DNA of 64,000 bases from Penicillus capitatus (Eukaryota; Plantae; Chlorophyta). Of the stretch, positions 37,969 through 48,414 are shown in pieces; the first letter of the stretch is position 1, and each line of letters starts with the position of its first letter. Both the position numbers and the translations under genes were made by a program. The stretch covers positions 372,001-436,000 of the forward strand of contig OZ287709.1 of the NCBI GenBank assembly GCA_965649825.1, read 5' to 3'. Below the pieces are notes generated by a model that worked only from the letters and a program-made list of their open reading frames with translations, did no database searches and was not told where the DNA came from.

Positions 37969-38736
37969 ATGCATGGACTGTACATTGCCCGTACTGTGGC
38001 AAGTCAGCTGACGATGCAGCAATGTCGAGCCGTACACGCCTCAGTGGAGATCGGTTCGCGACTGCCGCGTTTCAAGGCGCTCTTCGTCGACGCTGCCGGA
38101 ACACTGCTCTATCCAGCCCAGCCAGTGACACAAATCTACCAACAGTTTGCCAAGAGACACGGCGTGGCAGTATCGGAATCGCAGATCCTGAGCGGTTACC
38201 GCGAGGCCTTTGCCAATCCGCCTGTTCCAGATCTCTGGTCGTCTATCAACCTGCGCTACGTCGGCGATGGGAAGGTCTTTTGGCGTCATGTGGTTTCAAA
38301 GGCGACGGGCAGCGATTCCGAGGCTCTATTGGATGATCTCTATCACTACTACGAGCGACGAGAGGCCTGGGTTGTGCCTCGAGATGCCAAACCGGCACTG
38401 CTGCGTCTCAAACGCCATGGCATTAAGTGTATCGTCGTCAGTAACTTCGACACGCGACTTCGGCCATTGCTCGAGACATTGGGATTCCGTGACGTCTTTG
38501 ATGCCGTCATCGTCTCGGCAGAGGTCGAAATGGAAAAACCAAATCCGTGCATCTTCGAAAAGGCCTTAGAAGAGGCGAAGTGTGATCCGCAAGAGGTCAT
38601 TCATGTAGGAGATGATCGACGGAATGACGTCTGGGGTGCGCGCGAGGCTGGTATCGATGCATGGCTATGGGGATTGGACGTCATGTCTTTTGAAGATATT
38701 GCACAGCGTATCTTGTCGCCCTCGACACTGATGTGA
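37969..38736 (+). CDS. HAD-like hydrolase, HDHD3 family, intronless
   Basis: LFVDAAGTL, VVSNFDTRL, EKPNPCIF, HVGDDRRNDVWGAREAG. Confidence 0.92.
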   Translation: MHGLYIARTVASQLTMQQCRAVHASVEIGSRLPRFKALFVDAAGTLLYPAQPVTQIYQQFAKRHGVAVSESQILSGYREAFANPPVPDLWSSINLRYVGDGKVFWRHVVSKATGSDSEALLDDLYHYYERREAWVVPRDAKPALLRLKRHGIKCIVVSNFDTRLRPLLETLGFRDVFDAVIVSAEVEMEKPNPCIFEKALEEAKCDPQEVIHVGDDRRNDVWGAREAGIDAWLWGLDVMSFEDIAQRILSPSTLM

Positions 38737-38750
38737 CGTGCGCTGCTGCG

Positions 38751-39381
38751 CTAACCCCGCATCGCGAGTTGCTTGTCCTGTTCGATCTCCTGATCTGCGG
38801 CCTCGACCACTCGACAGATATTCTTTTTGCTCGGTTCTTGTAATTCGCCTAGACAGACAATCACACGTGTTGATATTATGTGCCATGACGATTTCGCATT
38901 TGTGTGACCTGAAATGAGCGTTTCGTCGAGAATGTAGTAAGCTTTGTGGAAATTGAAAATCAGATCGAGTTCACACACATTGCCAAAGCACTTGTCCAGC
39001 ACTTCAACGAAATGATGAATGACTTCGAGGGTGTACAGCTCATTGTCCGTCGTGTCAACGCAGCAACAGAAGTACAGACTCGCGTAGCGTTTGTAGACGA
39101 GCTTCAGGTCACGCCAGTCGAGAAAGTTGCATAACTGCCAGAGCATGGACACCCTCTTGTCTCAACGAACGTACACACATTATGATACCTTGGCGGGTCG
39201 TGCCAACACCTTGGGCGTGATTTCTTTGATGACGCGTGTGCGTTCTTTCTGTGAATACGTCGAGTACCACTTGGCGAGGCGAACCTTGCCTTGTCGACTG
39301 AAGAGCAGAAAGAAATGAATCTAGAACAGGCATCGTTCGTTGGGCGTTGCTATCTTCTCATTCGGCATCGATGCTTACCAT
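38751..39381 (-). CDS. AP1S: AP-1 adaptor complex sigma subunit; first exon is only the ATG
   Basis: M|[60 protein letters not shown]. Confidence 0.95.
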
Positions 39382-39858
39382 GAGACACTCGCGGAAAGGC
39401 GACGATGACGACGATTTGACAGCGAGGTGTGGAATTGGTGCATGTGTGGCTTGTACATCAGCCACCAGCTTAAATGTGGGTCAATCTGCCGTTAGTCTTT
39501 TCTTCTCAAACGTAACAAAAACAGAGAACCCGAGGACATGTCGCGTCCATCCGGGAAAGAACGAACAATGGTATACAATGGGTATTCCGAAGTGTTCATT
39601 TGCGTTGCCTTTGTTCAAAAAGAGGTAGGTCCTGGAATGGACAGACAGACTAGGTATCGCGTCTGTCGTTGCCAAGATGCAGAAGATTCTCAGGCAGCAC
39701 TTGACGTAGACCTTCATTATTGACGCCCTGTGGTTGGGCATCGACAAAAAATGGAGAACGGCCAGCTAACGGTGTCGGATCCAGTGCAGACATTGCCTTG
39801 GTGTTGTGACCCAATTTCTGTTTCTCCACAAACCTGTCACCAAAGAAGCACACATCCG

Positions 39859-40596
39859 TCACATCATTTGCTGCGCATCCTCGTACCGTTTCTTAGAGTA
39901 GCGTCCCCAGGACACCATCATGATCCTCGCAATTCTGTTGGAGACCATGCGCACAAGTTTGGCATTCTCCTCGGACAATTCGCTCAGTCCTTTCTCCCCG
40001 TGATCAATGAGCCACTGCGGAATCTTCTTGTTCGTGAGCTCCAGACAGAGATCTCTGGCAAAATGGTGGCAGTTGTGATAGAAGCAATCGTAGGTCTTGA
40101 TGTTGTATTTCTCCTTTAGGTGACCAAAACAGAAGGCTTCTGTCTCTTCCGGTTCCATGGCTGTTGTGCCCATGTCGTACAGAAAAGCAGGAGAGAAACC
40201 ACGGACGAAAAAGACGTCGTTCAGATTGAGCTGCTCCACTTGGTGATCGAACCAGTACTCCTGTCCATGGACAGCGACGGCGACATGGTAGATGCCATCC
40301 ACTTCTTTGCGCAGCAGACGTCCTCCCACTGGAGCCAGACCCCATCGGTCGATATTGTAAACGCGTAGCTGGACGGGATAGGAGCTTCGAGAAGAGTGCT
40401 GATCATTGGGGAGAGACGAAGGGAGGTCGTCCGAAGCAGCGTCAAGAGGAAAGGGAAGACGCGAAGGCGGGGAAATGGGGAAAACGGCTTTGCTTCGACG
40501 AAGACGCCCGAAGAGTCGTGACGCCGGAAGATTGGCAGAGAGCAGCGGAGCGTGGGCTACGAGAGCTGTCTCTGAAAGGAGAGAATGACGCTGCAT
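39859..40596 (-). CDS. PPPDE/DeSI-family isopeptidase with N-terminal extension, intronless
   Basis: YPVQLRVY, GIYHVAVAVHGQEYWF (catalytic His), TYDCFYHNCHHF (catalytic Cys), IPQWL. Confidence 0.9.
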   Translation of the reverse strand: MQRHSLLSETALVAHAPLLSANLPASRLFGRLRRSKAVFPISPPSRLPFPLDAASDDLPSSLPNDQHSSRSSYPVQLRVYNIDRWGLAPVGGRLLRKEVDGIYHVAVAVHGQEYWFDHQVEQLNLNDVFFVRGFSPAFLYDMGTTAMEPEETEAFCFGHLKEKYNIKTYDCFYHNCHHFARDLCLELTNKKIPQWLIDHGEKGLSELSEENAKLVRMVSNRIARIMMVSWGRYSKKRYEDAQQMM

Positions 40597-40869
40597 CCGG
40601 AAGCAAGATTTCGACCGAAAAGATCGCGTGTACGACAAGAGGCAATCGTAGATGCTCTATCGCTGTCACATCAGAGGAACGTCTACCAAAGCGGTTGTGG
40701 TAAATCATGTCCGTCAGGTAATCAATCATGCGAGCGATTTCTGCGATCTTTACAAAAAGAGTGCTTTCAATACATGGATCAAACGATGCCGTTTGTTTGA
40801 TTTGTTCGATTCGACACTCCTACGGTTAACGCGAGTTGTCCTCACCTGCGTTTTTTGAATGAGTCGGGA

Positions 40870-41939
40870 CTACTCGGTCGGGTGAAAAAAGTAGTCTGCG
40901 ACAGGAGACATCCATTGGTCCAATCTTTGGAGAAGCTCTTCTCTCGTTAGAGCCGGGATCGAGAAAGGTACTCGACATGGACTCAGTTTTCGGCCGAACG
41001 CTGTGAAGACGACGTCTACTCCATAGCGATCCACGCGTTTCAGTTTGGCAACGTCCACAGTGGAGCGCAAGAAACACTCGACGGCTCTCTGCAGCTCTTC
41101 GGCTCTGTCTGAGTTCACCGTTTTCGCAATGTCGCCTGAGAATTTGGCGACGGGATCAGGCTTCGTTATTTGGAAATCTGTGCCGCTTATCTGAAAGGCC
41201 AACATAAGAATGTGCATGGGAATGTCGTATGAAAGGACGCACGCACGTTCCGAGCCACGGTTTGCACACCAGAAATGAATCTCACGTTGAGGATGGTTTC
41301 CATACGAAACCACCGGAAATCTCCAAAATCGACCCAGAATGCACCGGGAGATTTTGCAAGATAGATATCTCGAACGCTCGATGCGTCAGAAGTAACGGGT
41401 AGTGCGATTCCTGTGACCGTTGCCATTTGGTCACGTGCATCCTGAACCAGTCTGATGAGCAGACGGAACATAGCGACCGTACCACGCACCAGTTCCTTCC
41501 CTTCCAAGACAAAGAGGGAGATACGGCCGTTACGTGCGATATCTCTCGTGTGTTCGGCCTTTGTCGATACACTGAAAATCGGGCGACCCTCAGTGTCCGC
41601 CACAAAGTTAACGTAAGATCCTATCGGCGCTTCGCAAAGGTGTTCTTTGGCTGAAATGGCGGATAGCACTCCGAATCTGCCAATGCTCTTGCTTGAGAGC
41701 CGCGCGGTGGTCTGTGGATGAGAGACGCACCGACCGTTGTCTATGAGTGTCCGTGCCGCTTCTGTCGTCGTTAAACGTTTCAGCTTCGCCTGTTCACGGC
41801 GAAAATTTTCCCAGTCTATACACGTCGTTGGACGCGTTGAAGAGTCTAGGAACAACGGCACCGACCTCAGGTTCCAGCGACCGGCAGCCTGCGCGACCTT
41901 TGGAAGCGCGTCGCGTTTGATACGCGCAACGTCTGTCAT
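40870..41939 (-). CDS. HugZ/HOZ-like split-barrel heme-binding protein, spliced, probably plastid-targeted
   Basis: GRPIFSVSTKAEHTRDI, YLAKSPGAFWVDFGDFRWF, PDPVAKFS and VDRYG..RVPF resemble Arabidopsis HOZ. Confidence 0.8.
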
Positions 41940-42942
41940 ACAAAGAACCGCTGTGTGCTGTCATCTTATGAACGCATTCTTCTACACGACACTGAGATGT
42001 CGTTGGAAAGAAGTCGTGTCGACGAGAGCCAACGAAATCTGCCGACCTTTCTCGAAAAGTGGAACATGGGCGGTGAATTGTCGATTCTCTTTGCTCAGAA
42101 AACGAAGGATACACGCGGAAATGAGGAGCTTAAATGAAACATTTTGGACGAACCGTCGTGTTCAGCACGGTCAGTCGACGGAAGGTTGTTTCGCAGAACA
42201 GCAAAATGGAAATCGCCACACCGAATACGCGCGTCTATTCCTTCCTTTATTCATCTCCATAACCCCGTATCGGATCGCGTGTTCGCCGCCGTTACAATGG
42301 TTGACTTAAGGCCAACCCGAGGCTCGAATTGCAACGAGACCATAGCATCCTGTTTTCGATGACAACGCGTTAAACAAAGGTTCTCTATGTTAAAGATTGG
42401 CTCTTTCGACATAGGATCTACGTATCCATATCTTCTTGATGAGACTCGCGCAAGACTGTTGCGCGTGGCACAGGCGTTTATACAATGGAGAACCGACGGC
42501 TCCTATGAATGCTGACAGGGATGTGCTTGTCATGAGCTTGCTTCGCATTCCAACAGAGGAATCCGAGCTTTGCCGGTTGACGTCTTTAATAAGTGTGTGG
42601 TTCTTTGGCCTTGATGTTTTTACACATCTGATCTGTAAGTGCAGTCTATCCAAGCAATCGACACAAGGATGGCACGCCAGCAGTCCATGGTTCTCCTGAC
42701 AAAGACCCTTCGCGGTTTTGGAATTCGGTACGGGTCGGTTTATACATGAACAAGGAGTGCGATTCGCTATTGCCGTAGTCGACGTGACGTCGTCGATAAC
42801 AAACGCGAATATCGGCATTAAAATCGCAGAGCAGATGCCATCATTAAAAGTTCTGTCGCTGTCTCTTTCCGCGTCATTTTGATTCTTCGCAACGTACTTT
42901 ATATTTTACGGCTAATTGCTTCTCACGGTGTCGTAGAAATTT

Positions 42943-43803
42943 ATGACGCATTCTAGCAGCAGTAAGATGCACGACGGCGACACGCATCTACCTCTGTGGC
43001 GTTTTGAGGTCGGCGTTGAAAATACAGATGAACTAACCGTCGGAAATGGCGCAATCTGCCTCTACACGCACCACAATATGTTTGTGAGAGCACCATATGA
43101 TGGTGCACCGATCAGAAATGACCGCGTATGGTGTCGAGCGGACGAGCACATCGTCGTGGAGCCTCTCGAAGACGATCGCTTTGCACTGAAATGTTGGAGG
43201 TATGGAAGGTATTTCTCCTGCAGAAGCGATGGCACGCTCGTCCAGTCGTCGGAGATTGGAAAAGACGAGAAGTTCGCTCTCTATTTTGACTACCGAGCAG
43301 AATACGTCGGTCTGTTCAGTACCGAACACAAGAGATGGGTCACAGCAGAGCCCGATGGAAGAATGTCTTGTAACCGAGAACATTTCGGGAATTGGGAAAG
43401 GTTTTCCGGATGGAAAGCGGGAACAAAGATTGCGTGGTCTCCGGCAGATGACTGGGAAAAGGTGGCAGAGTACGATAACACGCAGTCGGCTTGGGCACAC
43501 GAGTTCGAGTTCACTGTGAAAACTGGTTATGTCAAAGCGGAAACGCCGTCGGCAGGACTCTACATTGGCAAAGCGCGCCTCTTCCCTGGACCAGAAATGC
43601 CTGAAGTCTTTGTCTCTGGCATCCGCACACGGACTTCTACTGATTGGTCAAGGATTTCTGCGGAGACGTGGGAGGAAGCTACAGAGAGCGACCAGACGGC
43701 AACGGCACAACCCAGTTCTTATGCAACCGTCTACCAAGCCGTTGGCAAATACGGAGTGTTCGCCTTTTACTCCGATCAGATCCGCACGGTGCAGAGCATC
43801 TAA
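42943..43803 (+). CDS. Fascin-type beta-trefoil domain fused to a putative aerolysin/lysenin-like C-terminal domain, intronless
   Basis: Trefoil repeats (FALKCWRYGRYFSCRSDG..EKF; HKRWVTAEPDGRMSCNREHFGNWERF), then WEKVAEYDNTQS..FTVKTG..TSTDWS..ETWEEATE..TVYQAVGKYG. Confidence 0.65.
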   Translation: MTHSSSSKMHDGDTHLPLWRFEVGVENTDELTVGNGAICLYTHHNMFVRAPYDGAPIRNDRVWCRADEHIVVEPLEDDRFALKCWRYGRYFSCRSDGTLVQSSEIGKDEKFALYFDYRAEYVGLFSTEHKRWVTAEPDGRMSCNREHFGNWERFSGWKAGTKIAWSPADDWEKVAEYDNTQSAWAHEFEFTVKTGYVKAETPSAGLYIGKARLFPGPEMPEVFVSGIRTRTSTDWSRISAETWEEATESDQTATAQPSSYATVYQAVGKYGVFAFYSDQIRTVQSI

Positions 43804-44809
43804 CGAGATGGACTCTTAAACTTGCCTTTCTTCGCTGGGGAGGTTAACAAACTGCGGGAACGATCCAGACAGCAGTTCTCTCCGTCCTTGTCGATCAGGT
43901 CGATCAAAAAAGGATTCTGAAATGTTGAACGGAGACAGCTGGCTGTAAATGGTCAGTCTGAATGCAAAACACTGCGCGTGGTCGTGTCACGAAAGAGAGA
44001 GAGTTCACTGCCTATGAAGAATCGGATGCCATTGCCAGCAGCCTCTCCTCTGACACAGATGGAGATAGATTTTCGAAGCTCTGTACAAACCCACTACCGA
44101 TAATCTCTTCGTCTGCAACCAAAGATGTTGCACTGCATTCTCCGACGGATCGAAGATTGATCGAAACAGTGACATTCATCCCCGACGTGCCTGCCGTGTC
44201 TTAAAAGGCTGGAATGCGGTCAATCGAAGTCAGATACCAGTCCCCAGATGCTTCGCAGATGATTACTTACACACGGACCGAACGTCAGACTCGTCCGGAT
44301 GGGTTATCACCCTTCTCGCGGCAAACACAGACGGTTGGCATTCATTCTGAACAGCTGTGCGAATCAAGACGGCCGATCGAGTTCCTTGACGATACCGAGT
44401 GGACCTTCCCAGGAAGCAGCCGTCCGCGGAACTCTTTCAAGCATTGGTTTGCGGCCAGGATCTGTGGACGCCATTAGTTTGCATGGAACAGGCAGGGACC
44501 ACTCAGTTTGACAGATCTGACAGGTATGGGTGTCCTTGCGCTGACTCAAGGACGCTGTAAATCACCGTCTGCTTGGCACATCCAACACACCTGTCCAAAT
44601 TCAATTCCCCGGTTGTCGTGAGTCGATGGATTGGTAAAGGCCTTGGTACTTGAGTACGGAGATCGATGATTTTCGGCGAGCATGCATCAACACTGCTCGA
44701 CATCCAGTGCAAGGTTGCGCATCTCGAGTCTCTGTGGAAAAGATGCAACATCAGATGTCTGCGGAACAGAGACAGATCACTGGCATTCTCCGATTCATCA
44801 GGAGGTGCC

Positions 44810-45075
44810 TGTCGGCAAGATGGCGATCTGTCGATGTGACTGTCTCGTGCACGAGGGTTGCACCTTGCTTTGGGACGCTTGGGGTCTTGTCATTCGGGGG
44901 TTTGGGCTGGAAAGGGGTCTTTTTCTCTGGTCCTGGAGCTGTGCTGAGTCACCTGCCTAGGCATGTCACGTCACCACAGGGGTATTTAATGGACAATCTG
45001 CACCTTGTTTCACCTTGCTCCAACAGTTGTAACAAGTCTTCCGCTGTTCATCTTTGTCCGACCCGACCGCCGACA
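44810..45075. mobile_element. Solo LTR, family B copy 1 (266 bp)
   Basis: Termini TGTCGGC...GCCGACA, flanks GTGCC/GTGTC (5-bp TSD with one mismatch), internal TATTTAA, ~80% identical to 61169-61437. Confidence 0.85.
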
Positions 45076-45882
45076 GTGTCCTCTTCGGTCGGCCGGAGGA
45101 TGCCTTTGTCTCACGTCTGTGCGTCGTTCCGGTGCCAACTCATGTATCTTTCTAAGAGGCAGCTCTGTGCTTACCGTCCACCTCACACCAGACACAGCCT
45201 TCCATCATACCGTCGACATGTGAAGAGGAGACACTCTTCTGGTTCATGCTGCAGCTGGAAGGCGTCGGCTTTGCGGCATTGCATACTTTGAAAAACCGGC
45301 AGGTAGGTTTGCACCACAATCGGCAGCCCTTTCAAAAGAACACTCCTCAGATCGACGCACGGCATCGCACATGCTGTTTCCTCTAGAGATCTTCGTTTTA
45401 TGGAGGACGTGACTCTGACACCTCTCGGAATCAAGGCCGTATTGAGTTCTTTAACTTCTCCAGGAATGTGAAAGGCAGCTGCAGTTTAATGCGAAGAGGT
45501 GCTCATATCATAGAGATCTCCAAAAGAGACATCTGGAGTGCTGGTCAGATGGAATGTGAGAAATCGGAAGTGCATTTCCACACACTCGCTGCTGATTTTT
45601 TCCTTCGCTATCTCGTCCAGCGTTCCCTCCGACGCATTCAAAGAGATCTCAGTCGGCAATGCATCCAGTCATTACCAAACGTAACGTACAGAATCAATAC
45701 CTTGGTATCTGCCCTCCGTGCCATGTCTCTATCGAATCACATCGGGAAAATCGTGACAAGCAGAAGCGATGCGTCTCTAATGTATGGAAATGTCACGATC
45801 ACTGGTGGATGTGGTAGCTTGGGATCTATCGTTGCAAAGAGGCTCGTAATTAAAAGCGTCCACCAAATTGTGCTTTTGGGTC

Positions 45883-46165
45883 TGTGACGGTGTGCCCGTC
45901 ATCGCCTCGGGTATTCTGGTAAAGGGACGCTGCTGTCGCGGCAACCGTCCCTGTGGCGACACGCCAGCAGAGGATCACTGGAATATGCATGACGAGAGGT
46001 ATGAAAAGACCTTTACGTGATGATGTGACGTACCTTTCTCTGGAGTATTTAAGCGAGAACTGAGACGCTGTATCCGTCTAGCTATGTAATTATCACATTG
46101 CCGACGGAGTTTCCCTGTGCGACTCGCCATCCGGTCCGGACTCGGCCATCGGGTCGACGTTCACA
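45883..46165 (+). mobile_element. Solo LTR, family C (283 bp), inside the PKS KR domain
   Basis: Termini TGTGA...TCACA, perfect 5-bp TSD GGGTC, TATTTAA followed by TGTAA; removal restores VLLGRS in frame. Confidence 0.88.
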
Positions 46166-46573
46166 GGGTCGGTCTGTACACAGGACCAGCAATTCTGTTG
46201 TCCAAGATGTCGTCCAGACTGACAGTTCTCATACGATCGCATCTCTGGTACATTGATAGTGCGCCAAAGAAGACGTGTCGACGATCAGTGAAAGATACCA
46301 AGAGATCGATACCGTGATCCATACAGTAGGGGTACTTGCCTATGGAATGCTTCATCATCAATCCGAGAGGATTATGGATTTGAGTTTGGCTCCAAGCTAG
46401 GCATTCTTGCTGTGAAGAACTCCCTTTGGCAGCCTGACCCTCCACCTCCTTCACGGTGTCATCTGCATGGACACGTGTCTCTCCCTCGCCGTCCTGGCTA
46501 GGGAGATGCGGATGGGAGGCGTCGTCTCCTGAATCGTCTCCGTTTTGGCTCATCGCACAAGCACAGCAGAAGT

Positions 46574-47567
46574 TGTTGGCAGTCGGCGCGGCCTGGAGGT
46601 GGTCGACGGATGCCCCGCGGCGTTCTGCGCGTAGATACGAGACGCGCAAGACCAGAACCAATTGATTAATATTCATTGTCCTGTTCACAAATCTATGCTC
46701 ATCCACAGTTACTATCCACATGCTTCCCTGTGCACTCCGATCGGTAACTCTAATCGGCCAGCCAAACCACTGGAAAGCATGTCTTGTTCCGTCGCTTGGA
46801 TACCAGTGACAAGGAAGAATCTGATTATCACGATCCTCGTCTGCAGATGTGCAGATTCCAGCGCATCTTCTCCCGTGTCCACGGTTCGCCGACGCTTTTG
46901 CATGGTTGTCGGTCTTCAGTTCGACGATGGATGGCGCATTTTTCGCCAGACGGAGCAATCACCTCGCGCGGTACGTCATCCTCTGTCACCGCATGGTGTG
47001 TCCGTTCAGGCGTCCCATCGTCGGCCCCTTGGCTGGAGTTCCCCTGGCATGTCCGCGACGACACGTCAGCGCCACGCGACCTCCACTGCGCATCCACGAC
47101 TGCGCATGGAGTCGCCAGACTGCGACACCTCAGCCAGGCCGACGCGACCCCGCAAGACAGCACTACCGGCTGATGCGACCCGCGACAGACCTCCAACACA
47201 GCCCGTGCCGTCATTTATGCACAGGGGGGAACAAAGAGCGACGCTTCAGCAATACAATCTTCGTCTTCGGCAAACTCCAGAGGACAACAAATGTAGTCGA
47301 CAGTGTTTTTTCAACCCTCGGCAGTTATCCGTCGCCTCCAGGACTCCGACTGAGAGCTTCGTCTTGACGAGCATTGCGTTCAGCGGAAGCATTAGGAGCA
47401 CCTCGCGCTCCGAAACCATCTGTTGGCAGTCGGCGCGGCCTGGAGGTGGTCGACGGATGCCCCGCGGCGTTCTGCGCGTAGATACGAGACGCGCAAGACC
47501 AGAACCAATTGATTAATATTCATTGTCCTGTTCACAAATCTATGCTCATCCACAGTTACTATCCACA
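46574..47567 (-). mobile_element. TRIM-like miniature LTR retrotransposon (994 bp)
   Basis: Identical 147-bp TG..CA LTRs (46574-46720, 47421-47567), 5-bp TSD GAAGT, PBS TGGTTTCGGAGCG 2 nt after the 5' LTR, purine tract AGGGAAG before the 3' LTR, no recognisable intact gene. Confidence 0.93.
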
Positions 47568-48414
47568 GAAGTCTTGAAGCAAGATGAAAGTAGGCGGGCA
47601 AGGACGATGGAGGAAAAACCAAAGTTCTATCCAAGAGACAGCTCGTTGCAACGACGATAGACAGCAGATTTTTTGACAAGCAGATTGTATGCAATTCACA
47701 GACACAAGTGTAAACTTAGATGTCAAGCAAAAGATGATTCATGTGTCCATCCCTCGGTTTCATACTCAACTAGTGACCGGACCGACAGGACAAGTTAAGA
47801 ACAACCCGTGAAGTTAAAGAGTGAGTTCCCGATGAGATTCTATAAGTTTCTAAAGAACTTCACTATGAAAATCACCAATAGTTCGCAGTCCTTGTCATCA
47901 CGGCTACCTTGCAGCACCCTCACAGCCAGAGGCGCAAAACCGACAAGTGATAAACAAAATGCCGCCGATTACAATGACGTCCCATCAACGTTCCCGTTCG
48001 AATGGCGCTGCCATATTGTGGCACTTACAACGACAGCTGCCATCTTGGAACGTGTGCTACTCAGAAGGCATGTCTGTTCGCATCTGTCGCGTCGTTGCTC
48101 GGAACTGCCGGTGTTGTGGCGGGGCGGCCGCTCGAACGATCAATGCAGCGGAAGTCTTTACAGGCTCGGAGCAGAAGCATTTCAAAGTTCAGAATCGCAC
48201 ATTTATACCCGCAAATTGATGTGACTCACCGAGGCAGGTTCAAACACCACAGAAACACGCCTCAGATGAGTCATCAGTGTCTCTCTGCGCGATGAACCCC
48301 TTCACCACAAGACAGAATGACATGACCCCTTGTCGAAGACAACATGGGCCCACCCCTTTCGCTTGCGTATACTCCGAAAGCAGGTAAAACCCCCACGAAA
48401 AACAAATAATCAAA

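Noticed and set aside
42000-42900. ORFs between HOZ and the trefoil gene
   Set aside because: No motif or splice-consistent model; treated as intergenic or degraded.
44810-45075. Reading the 44.8/61.2-kb repeat as an intron-containing gene-family fragment
   Set aside because: No consistent conserved frame. TG..CA inverted termini plus 5-bp TSDs explain it better as a solo LTR.
46721-46900. Copia RNase H remnant at the 3' end of the TRIM internal region (TEQDMLSSGL)
   Set aside because: The resemblance to the ADxLTK motif is too weak to support.
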